Part shown: positions 53,501 through 64,000 of the stretch, piece by piece
Layout of the letters: each line of letters starts with the position of its first letter
How positions within the stretch are numbered: the first letter of the stretch is position 1
Source: Octopus sinensis
Taxonomy: Eukaryota
Assembly (NCBI RefSeq): GCF_006345805.1
Contig: NC_043000.1
Coordinates: forward strand, 62,434,001-62,498,000
Direction: 5' to 3'
DNA length: 64,000 nt
Notes under the pieces: generated by a model
What the model saw: only the letters and a program-made list of their open reading frames with translations
What the model was told of the DNA's origin: nothing
Database searches by the model: none
Program-made: the position numbers and the translations under genes

Positions 53501-56500
53501 CCTTGGGTCAGCTCGAATCGAGCATATTTATGTCAAAGGTCATTCCATCTGGTCATTCTCAAACGTGTTTGTTTTTCTAAGACAGATATGGAGGGTAGGA
53601 GTTGAAATTTTACCGCTATTTCTTCATGGTTGAACTATTACGTAAGATACCAACTTCATGCATGAAATATATTAGTATTTCGATACGATACTATATCCAA
53701 TATTTGGACTTATTCTTTTGTTGGGCGTGAATATTTCCATCTAGCAGAGTGTCATGAAAGAAGTATAAATTTAATTATATGTGAAGATTAATTGCATTTG
53801 GTTAACCGCTACCATCCCACCGAAAGCTCATTTAATGGTTATAGCAGTTATTAAATGAAATATTAATTTTATATTTGTACTCACCCAGCTGCTTTTGGCC
53901 AATCTGTATTTTGTGATAATTATACCAGCGTCAGTTTTCCATTTACAAATGAATCCAGTTTATTAAATTTTGTATAACAGGTGAAATACATAGCAGATAT
54001 TGTTGCCTTTGCTTCAGTCTCCAGGATAATTTTAAAATTATGAATAATAAACAATATGCAATAAAAAGATAATTGGAAACATTTAAGAACCTCTTGTGAA
54101 ACCGGTTTCATCTTTACGGCAAATATCAAACAATGTAAAATTGACATTAGATTTAATAAGTGCTACATTTATTATTATTTATTGTTATCTTTTCAAAACG
54201 TGACAAATATATCACATGTAAAATTACACAGCTACTAAAGTAAATTAATAAATTTTGTAAATATTACAAAACAATTTTAAAAATCATTATTACCGAAACT
54301 ATTATTTTTATTTTATCGAGAGCAAACCCAAACAATATTCCAATTGCTTAATCTGTGAGGAATTGATTTGTATAATTAAACAGAAGAATGGACTTATATG
54401 CAAGGAGGAACAGTGTAACAGAATATACAGTAATTTTAATATAATAACATTTACAATAATTTATAACAACAAAATGCCTATACACTTGCAGAGAATTTCA
54501 TTTTTCTGTTTATAGCCCAGCAGTTAACATTTTATTTACTAGACAGAGACAGCCAGTTTAAAGGTCAGCAGTTCATTTCCTGTGTTTTCTCCATTGCCAA
54601 GACATTTACCTCTCAGTGGTCCTTTCCGTTGAAGCTGTGGTGGTGAAGGATCTCTGTCGTTCGACAAAACTGATTAAGTTGTTCAGTCAACTGAATTACA
54701 TGCTTCTGAATTAACACGTGATTAAACATTGTACAGATACGGGAATCCTCAATGTAATTCATTGGTAGAATCAGCGTGACACGGTATTTAACAAGGTTGT
54801 ACCTTTTGAATAGTAGGTCCCTATGCAATTTCTGTCAATCTAATTTCAAGTTATGAGTCAACCCGTAGGTGCAGAAAATTGTTTTTATCCAAAATGCTAC
54901 GCAGGGAGATCGAACCGGACATCTCGTAGTCGTGAATCGAACTTCTTAAACTTTCGTCAAAATGCACCGACATTGAAGGTGTAAGTCGGTATGGTTCTAA
55001 TACTGTGTTCAGTTGCAAAAGTGTCTAACATCTGCTTGATGATACAGAAACTAGATCTTGTATTAAGGATTGCCTTTCTTTCACTTATTATGACTCTCAT
55101 ACATATATCTTTAAACCTTTTTGTCAATTTTCTCCGTCAACACATCATACCTTCATCAGAGCAGGACAAGTTTTTAAATTTATATCTTTGAGGAGTTTCT
55201 CGTAATAAGATGGACTACATACTTTAGTCTGTAAACTATATAGTCTAAGTTACTATACATCTAATATTGCACATTTTCCATGACATTCATATTAGATTTT
55301 AAAGATTCAATTTCAATATAATGAATTCTTCCTAAGTACATGTAATGATTCATCAAATTTGTATTTTAGAATTGCTGATTTTTATTGTTGTGATATTTTA
55401 TCATTTTAGTCGTTCTCTACAAATATACTGAGTAGCGACTGCAAGTGAATAGGAGGGAACCAAGTAACAGTAATCTTATTACTTCTCATATATGTCCACA
55501 TGTAATGTGCTTTATATACATGACACGTCTAAACTTGGTAATATAAACAACGTGGAGATTCTTTTCTTCGCACCTGAAAACAACGGAAGAGATAAATTAA
55601 GCACTTCTAAAGATTAATTTCGCTAAAATAAACCAGGGACATGAATTACCTTCATCACTTCAAGCTAATAAAACCTTTAATTATGAAGTGATTTCACTTT
55701 TCATCGATTTCTTATTTCATCAATCCATGATACCCGATTATACACTTAGTCTGAAAAAAATCTTGATGTGGGTTAAACAACAAAGTGCAGGTAAAGACAG
55801 TATGTCCTGCAGAGTTTGTATCTTTGCCAGGAAACCCCTCAGTGCAAATGATTTAAAAAGAACTTCTGAATGGTCAGCTAACTATCATCTCAATAAATTA
55901 ATCATTTTATCATTTGCAAGCATTAAAAAGGTTTGGTCTTTTGGCACTTTTTTCTTTTTAGTTTAACTTTCTCTGTGTCAGTTTTTCTTTTTCTTTATGG
56001 CATAATACCAAAACATATCCCCAAGTATAAAGAAATTAAAGCGTAAATTTCAAATAAGAAAGTGTAATTTTCTCTAATCCGGTCACCAAAGGAAAGTTCT
56101 AGACGTTACATGTCCATATAGAAAGGTTTATCTGAGATAAAATTAGTGGAGGTCTTGAAAGAATAGAGCAACGAAATAAATTATTTGAGCTTTCTACGTT
56201 CTAATACTAACGTGTTCAACTTTTCCTTTCATCTTTCCAGAGTAAATAGAAAAGATACTACATATGTACACGGGTCCATTTAAGCAACACTTATTCCATT
56301 CCCGAAAATTTTCCTTGAGGTTATTTTTCATATATTTAGCAACATGAGAAACAGTCGCGCAACAAATATTGCACTTTCTTAGTTATTAGAAATAGTTATT
56401 GTGAAAAACAGATAGCTTAAAATGTTACATAACTCAGTCCCCTTATGGAACGGATATATATGACTATCAATACTAAATCTTTCAGGATTTACTGCAATAT

Positions 56501-59500
56501 ATTTTCAATTATAAAGGATCTATTAAATTACGAAACTATTTCGGACCAAATTAAATATATACCTTATTTCAACAGAATAAATGGACATAAAAGAAAACAT
56601 CGCCAAAAGAAGTGACATATTTTATTTGCTTCGAAGAAACACTTGCTTGTATGGATTTCAATAAATAGAAAATATCTTCTAGATATTACAAATTATAAAT
56701 CTAATTTGTGGGTGGCACAGATTTTTAAAACAAATATTTTAGCGTTCAAATAGGTAATCATGATTCAATTGGTACTTACTTAGGTGGTGGCATAAAACAT
56801 TTACTTTCCAAGGAAAAAAAAACAATAAAAATTGTGTATGCAATCTGTTTTATAATTAATGACCAAGAGTGAACTGATATAACATAGCAGAGAATTGAAA
56901 TTCCATCTCGAATTAACCTTGTCCAACTATAGACAACAGTACCCAAACATTGGTAAACACCAATAGAATATCTACGAAAGTTATTGCTTAATAAAGACTA
57001 AAACAGCTTAAACTTTCTACATGATTTGAATTTCTAAGAAATTATTCCTTGCCTATGGTCGTTCTTATAGTTATCTCAAGTTTCTTGAGCGCAGAGTTAG
57101 GTAGTTGTATGCAAGTAGATTTTACTATCGATAAAATATTTTATTTTAAACGTTGAAATCCCGTAGCAATTTTTTTCCAACTATTATGAGTTCGTTTATG
57201 TGGAATAAAGTGTCGATTTATCAAACACGATATTTTCACAATCGGTATACGCTTTCTGAACTTCAAAGGATAGCTAAAGGTTGTTTCTCCTATTACGATA
57301 ACTAAATATTTCTGCAAAACTGCGAAGTTTGAAACAAATATTTCTGATCACATCATATCGCTGCGAGGTGCAGAAATAATAGACTTAATTTTCACACTGA
57401 ATTAGACTCAGTTTATTAAATATCTGTTACGCAAACTAGTCCATTAGATATATTTCGCGTTCCGATATACCGTGCCATCAGCCAAGCATTATATACCAAC
57501 GAAAGTACTTATTTATCATTTCCTTTAATTTAATTTAGAAAATTTATTTCTCCTTATTTTTGTTGTTGTAACTAACAATATGGTTTGGTTTTATGTATAG
57601 GAAATATTTTATATTCATTTAAGTAAATGGTCTGTATACTAAAATCTTGAGAAAAAATCATGCAGAAATATATTTCTTAAAAGAAGGATAATTCTAGAAC
57701 TTGTTACAAGATATGATCACACGTTTGGTTTCGATTACATGAGAGAAATAACTTTTGTGGAACTTGCGAATTCAGATGCTCTTTCATTTTCATTATTTTG
57801 GTTATATTGTCAAGGTGGTGAGGTGGCAGAACTGTTAGCACGACAGAGGCCATTCTTGAGGTGTTTATTTCGACAATTTCCGACCTCTTATCTCACTTGA
57901 CTTTTCATCTTTCCAAGATTGTTGAATCAAAGTACCACTTGAGTACTGCGGGAGGTATCGAGTAACCTTCGAATTGTTGGCCCTGATTCAGAAACATTTA
58001 TTTTAGCTTCATTGTGTATGTGGTTTCTGGAACAAGTACGTAGGCAATTGTTGACGATGTGACACGCGCTTTTTACTTATTTATTTATTTATTTATTTAT
58101 TTATCCATTTATTTATTGGGAAGCTATTGGGGTCCCAAATGTGATTGATCTTTATTAGAATCATTGTCGCTTCTTACTATACTGCATATTGTTTTAGTGT
58201 CTGTTTTGTGGTTTTTCGTTGATAGAATATTATACAATATTCATTACAAGAACATCAATTAACGTTTGAATTTAAAACACGACTGGATTGGTCAAATAAA
58301 TCATAAGGCATGTATTGCATTTCAGTCGACTATAATTCTCTCTATATATTTATAATATCATAAACGAATTGGATGCTTGTACTGCCCTTCTTGCCAATTT
58401 TGTTTAACTCCACAAGGCTTTTTGTTGGGGCAATAGCTCTGTACTTCCCCGGATCAGAGCTGCAGAAAGGAGGCAGTAATAAAAGTTGTAGTCGAGTACG
58501 AAAATATTTATCTTTTATCCGCGTTAAGCTAAAGAAAATGGGTGAGTTCGGTGTTGTAAGCTTCCGTAAAAGTATATAAATATGTAATAGTATATAAATA
58601 TGCAATAGCCACACTATAATATGCTTTCACCACGTAAAGTTTTTGTAGAATATATTGATTTACAAAACTTTTGTCAGATCACTGAGCCCATCTCAGGGCT
58701 GTACAGTCGCTACACTGCCACTTCTCTCACCAGAGATCAACTAAAATGTTTCATCTCTTGTACTCTGTATCGAGGTTCAATGCCAGTATATCCGATACAT
58801 CTGTCAGTTTTCTATAGCTGTTGACATACACCTGACGCCACATTTGTACACTATAAGCCCAACTGATTCCCAATTCTTTTATAACGATAATTTTTCTCAC
58901 CACACACATTCACTAATTTCGTTATTCCCTTTTTCCAATACCGCCTTCTCCGTTGCTCATCGAGCAGAAAATACTCCAACTTCCAATTTAAATCCTAAGA
59001 GTTGCAATACATCAACATTTCCGGGTATCATCGATTTGTTGTAGATGCCCAACATCATCGAACAAGACCCATAAACCGCACTGCAATACACCTGCAGGGT
59101 ATGCACACACATGCAAGAATTTTCTGTTTTACTTTGCATCCAAACATATTCATATGAAAACATTTTCAACACCACCTCTTTACTGCTTCAAAAGAAACAA
59201 ATCTTTGCGATCCCGTAAATATCTTAGAATTTCGCTGGTCCTTAAACATTTCCACCTTAGTATCTTCAATTGTTCTCGTCATAGTAGCCACACCTTTTCT
59301 TTAATCAAACACTCTAATCATAATCATTTTACTTCAAATACTACTGGCAACTTCATATTCTATATCACTTACATTACTTATTCTCAAAAAACAATGTGAG
59401 ATCAAGAAATAAATATCGGAAAAGTTGCTCAGTTTGCTGGGATTGGAACTTTCCAGTAAATACTAAGTTATAATATTTGGCAGTTAACTTCAAGGACGTT

Positions 59501-59599
59501 TTGGATTTGCATGGCATCGTTGCACTTGTCCTTACTCTGGGCATGCACGAGCCGTATTAGTCGACCTTGAGACTTTGAGTTAGATAGCTAGTAAGGAGT

Positions 59600-59900
59600 G
59601 TGACCCAGTGTCGCAGAGTTGTTCTGCACTGAAACCGCTATAGTTATGAATATTAACAAATATATTGCATATGGTCAGATAAGGATGTCATCTGCATATC
59701 TGTTGGAGAAGACAAGAGTGGCAGGTATTAAACGTTCTGCTTTCCACTGGTCCGTTTATGTACAAACCAATAGTCTCACAGCCTGGATCATATGGGTAGA
59801 TCTCAGACCTATTTGTACGAGAGGCTGAAGATGTTGAGGTATGCGTTGTATATGATGATGGAGTGGAATTGACGGATGTTTAAGTGAATTAGGTAAAGGC
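59600..59900 (-). mobile_element. Possible Penelope-like RT remnant
   Basis: Minus strand reads RYADDILI (~59685-59710), preceded by VESRTFN and NIFSLSYK segments resembling the RT motif B-C region; many stops. Confidence 0.5.
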
Positions 59901-61959
59901 TATATAGATTGCAAGAAAGAAACAATCGGAAAGTAGTTTGATAGATAGGAGACCCTGTATTAGGTGGCTTATGAGGTTTTTCATGAGTGCTTCTGGTAGC
60001 ATGGAATCCAGTATAACCCAATGTATAGTCCGGTCGCTGGCAAGTAAACGGGCACCCCAACTAGGACTCTCTGATGAAGAGGGTTGCAAGAAACCCGGCA
60101 AGACTCAAAGTAAGGCCTGTAAAAGAATGGATTAACCCAGCCTCTAGTATAGGTTTAACGACTATCTAGCAATAGCACAGGCCCTCAGAAATTCTGGGTT
60201 GGTATCTGGCATACTGGAAAACCACAGGGAGTGAGGAACTCGTGAGCTTTTGTTAAAGCACATCTCAATAACCCGATTCAAATCTAGGCTATGTCTGCTC
60301 CGATAATCGGCGGCGACTTAGCGAATCCTCTGCGATGGTCGACAATCGACGGCAAGATGGGCTGCTACGGATCACACTATCTCAAAGTGTGTATGCATGT
60401 GACCGGAGACCATATGTGAACTTATATTCCCACCGAAATCCCGATCATGAAGTCTACTCGTTGGTCAGAGCCGGCTAAGTCCACCACCACCGCCCGGTTG
60501 ATAGCCGCTGCAAGTATAAGTACAAATAAAACAGGGGAGCGGAGATCGAGATGTAGAGGGATACTACGTCATAGCTAGAAACATATCTATAGTGTTTTAG
60601 TGTATTGGGATTGAGTTGCTCATGTCTTTGCATGGCGCCATTAAGTCTATTGACAGATCTAAGAAAGGTTTCAAGAAAGGCTTAAAGAACAAAGAATGAA
60701 GCCAAGAAATTTTGTGTATAGTTCTTCGCAGCTAGTAAAATTGAGTCTAATGGGTCTAATCTTGTGTTTTCGTTCAAATTTCTGCGTTTTCATTGATAGT
60801 AGAAGGTGATAAATTTGCTGCATGAAGAAGTAAAAGCCGTTTCACATTTAATATAATGATGCAGGTTAACGGCTGCCCATCATCACTAATGTTCCCAAAC
60901 ACAAAAAAAAAATGGATAAACTTTCCTAATACCTGTTTCCTAATGCTGCCATATTTCGGTGAGCAAATAATCATTACAATCTGCAAAATTATCTGTAGAA
61001 AAGAGGTGGATATACATTTAAGAACTTCCCTACGGAAATGCCTCTTAAAGGGACAAATCCAACTTCTGATGCTAAAAATATAAGTATGCTGTGTGGGAAT
61101 CTATTATATATGGATGTGTATGTATCTTTGTGTCAGTCTAATCTGATCCCCTACACAGCCTAACAACCGGTGCTGGTTTGCTTATGTCCCCGTAATCTAA
61201 CGGTTCGGCAAAAGAGAGTCATGACCTAAAAATAAATAGCTACATGCGTAGATCTATTTCTACCAAGACCTTTCAGTGTGGGGCCCCAGCATGACCGCAG
61301 TCCAGTGATTGAAACAAATAAAAGATAATCAATTTTAATTATTGAACGTACAGCTTACAACTTCTCTTTCAGACTTTCATTTACAAAAATAATTATTTCA
61401 AACTATACAAATTTGCATATTTTCTGTTACATTATTTTAATGTACTTCTTTCTTTCTTAACTTTACGGTTTAACTTGACTGCATTACATTTCCTAAAAAC
61501 AAATATTTATTAGCTAATACAAGTGTTTTATCATATATTAACCTGTCGTTGCTAAAATGTAATTTACAAACATACCATTATTATTGATCTGACACAACTC
61601 TACAAAAGATAATTAAGTTTAAAGTTATGTATATTGTATAGTCATATCTTTATAAATCTAAGTTGTTTATATGCACGGAAGTCACAAGACAACTTTATCA
61701 AATACTGAATAGTTTTAATACAAATAACATTCATACGTGTATATATGTGTTTGCGTTTTATGTTTTGTATGTGTGTCTACTTATTTATGAAGAATAATAC
61801 TATCTGATAATATTTATGTTATTTATTTATATTTTGTATATATTATAAAGTCTGAGATTGTGTATAGTAGTAAGTCCAAAATTAAGATACATGCTTCTAT
61901 AAAATTCATCTACTCAAGTTGTCCTTAATATGTCTGTAGGTGTGTAGGTATGAATGAAT

Positions 61960-62400
61960 GTTGTCTTTCTCTTTTTAATTTAGAGTAAATTTTGCCCGGC
62001 CACCTACATGGTAACAAGGTTATGAAGGAAAGTATCTTGTTATAACTGTCATCCTTTTAATCTTAAGAAGGTTTTGCAGATTTTTATAGTCCCAGTTATT
62101 GTGATTATGTGTACCGTATGAATTAAGAATTTGCATTCTCTCCCCAAGATTCCAAGTTCAGCCACACTTTGCTTCGGGCGGGTTGGTGTGTATCTTGTTG
62201 CTCCAATAATATGGGTATGAAGCTGAAGGTGTTTCTTGGATACTAGATTTGCAAACACTTTATCAATAGTCCATAGATGTCTTCTATAATTTCTAACCAT
62301 TTTCTTATCCAGGGGACAGCTGATTTCCACAACAGAACATACCCTTTCAATAAGGTCCCACACAACGATATCTGGCCGGTTTTATTTTAACTTGATAGCT
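61960..62400 (-). mobile_element. RLE-type non-LTR retrotransposon 3' fragment (R4/Dong-like)
   Basis: RPDIVVWDLIERVCSVVEISCPLD...HIIGA...LGIL...TGTIKICKTFL (ORF 62049..62363 plus in-frame upstream codons). Confidence 0.82.
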
Positions 62401-62967
62401 GCTTTGATTTTCAGGTTCCATCAGTATTCTTTATGTATGTAATGTAATGCAATATATGAATGTATTTTGCGGCGAAATGACAAAATCGTTAGCACGCCGG
62501 GCAAAATGCTTAAGGCATTTCGTCTGTCTTTACATTCTTTACATGAAATTGCTGGCTTTGTACAAAAATTTGGAATTAATACATATGTCAGTGCATATGC
62601 ATGCACACGCGCGCATATGTGAATAATTCAATAAATACCCTTAAGAGAATAAGTTACCAACTCCATAGCACTCCTATCCTGCGATGTTTACCCAGCCTAC
62701 ATTCACATTTTCACGCAAGGTAGACTTCTACATGATCCAGCATTGCTCTATATATCATTTGATTCAAAATATATTGCCCACATATAATTGATTCAGCAAA
62801 AACAAAAATATTTTTCTGCAGCTCATTTTATCAAAAGAGTCAGTATAACTAAAATTACCTGTTATTATGCTGCAAAACTAGAACCAAGTTGTTCTAATAA
62901 TTGGAACACCTGTAAACCTTGTATTACTTCAAATTCTGTTTTACTTCATTCTAGTTGAGGCATCATT

Positions 62968-63180
62968 TAAGGTGGTGAGCTGGCAAAATCACTAGCACGC
63001 CGGGCAAAATGTTCAGCAGTGTTTTGTTCATCTTTATGCTCTGAGTTCAAATTCCGCCTAGGTCGACTTTGCGTTTCATCTTTTCAGAGTCGATGAAATA
63101 AGTACCATTTGAGTACATGAGTCGATGTTAACGATTTATCACATCCCCCTAAATGCTAGCCTTGTGCCAAAATTTGGAAT
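62968..63180 (+). mobile_element. Full-length dominant SINE
   Basis: Complete consensus from 'ggtggtgagctggc' to 'ccttgtgccaaaatttgg'. Confidence 0.9.
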
Positions 63181-63254
63181 CAATTTAGGCATCATTTAGT
63201 TATACATACACATACATATTATATGTACGTGTGTGTGCGTGTGCGCGCGCACGC

Positions 63255-63400
63255 ACAGGCGTGGCTGTGTGGTAAGAAGCTTGCTTCCTAACCGCATGGT
63301 TCTGGATCTAATCCCATTGTGTGGCATCTTTGTCAAGTGTTTTCTTCTATAGCCTCGGGCCGAACAAAGCCTTGTGAGTGGAAACTGAAAGAAGACCATC
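63255..63400 (+). mobile_element. Second-family tRNA-derived SINE
   Basis: A-box-like 'gtggctgtgtggtaag', degenerate B box, 'ctatagcctcgggccga..aaagccttgtgagtgga'. Confidence 0.85.
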
Positions 63401-63413
63401 GTATGATTATATA

Positions 63414-63455
<42 letters not shown>

Positions 63456-64000
63456 ACAGAACGATAATAAGGACTGCGGTCTATTCGTTCGACTAAAAAT
63501 TATTCAAAGCGATACCCCAGAATGAAAGAATATATATGTGTAGGCGTGTGAGTGCTTGTGCGTATGTGTGTGTGTGTGTGTGTGTGTGGTTATACAATAT
63601 AATACACTGCAAAGATAAATTTTAATAGCAACCAATCTTTTATTTTTTTTTCTTTACTGATTTGTGCTATATTGATTTTACTAGTTCAACTCTAAACCAT
63701 ATACAGTTTTACTTTACGAAACCCGTAATGATATTTTTGACCAGAAAAAATTAGTTGTTGCTCTCTGTTCTTCCAAGTTTTCAATCAGTTAACAATAAAT
63801 ATGAAATCATACGGCTATTTATTTTATTTCGATAGAAATAACTTTATTAATTTACCAAACCTGTATGCACGATTCACAGTTAATTAATTGAAATCGAAGT
63901 AAAAATACAAATTTTGTATTGTTATGATTCCATCATAATTAATTGGAATATTTTTAAACATAAATCTTTAGATGCCATCGACTATTCTTAATATCTTTTA

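Noticed and set aside
58850-59330. ORFs 58844..59044 and 58957..59175 as genes
   Set aside because: They look like a decayed LINE remnant and I could not assign convincing motifs, so they are reported neither as CDS nor as a classified element.
60066-60100. CTGATGA...GAAAC hammerhead-like motif beside the Penelope-like remnant
   Set aside because: No stem II pairs between the two core segments, and stems I and III are not evident.

Overview
AT-rich, repeat-dominated eukaryotic DNA. The SINE and LINE repertoire looks like a coleoid cephalopod, probably Octopus (my recognition, not a database result). I can support no intact host protein-coding gene, rRNA, tRNA or CRISPR array. Most ORFs in the track are translations of (TA)n, (CA)n or (GATA)n microsatellites, or antisense frames of transposons. 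Best-supported content: (1) a 5'-truncated but well-preserved HERO-like restriction-endonuclease non-LTR retrotransposon (~24.8-27.9 kb, minus); (2) a full-length DD37D (maT) Tc1/mariner transposon with perfect 26-bp TIRs (12272-13550); (3) CR1/L2-like, R4/Dong-like, RTE-like and Penelope-like fragments; (4) dozens of tRNA-derived SINEs in dense clusters; (5) several MITE or foldback hairpins. Two local duplications stand out. One is a ~1.19-kb tandem pair carrying promoter-like motifs and a splice donor. The other is a ~439-bp unit found as a single copy at 17.4 kb and as a fold-back plus head-to-tail concatemer at 23-24 kb. Copies differ largely by 1-bp indels, so long-read or assembly error has to be excluded. 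The distal ~22 kb is much poorer in microsatellites and holds weak enhancer-like and splice-site-like signals.
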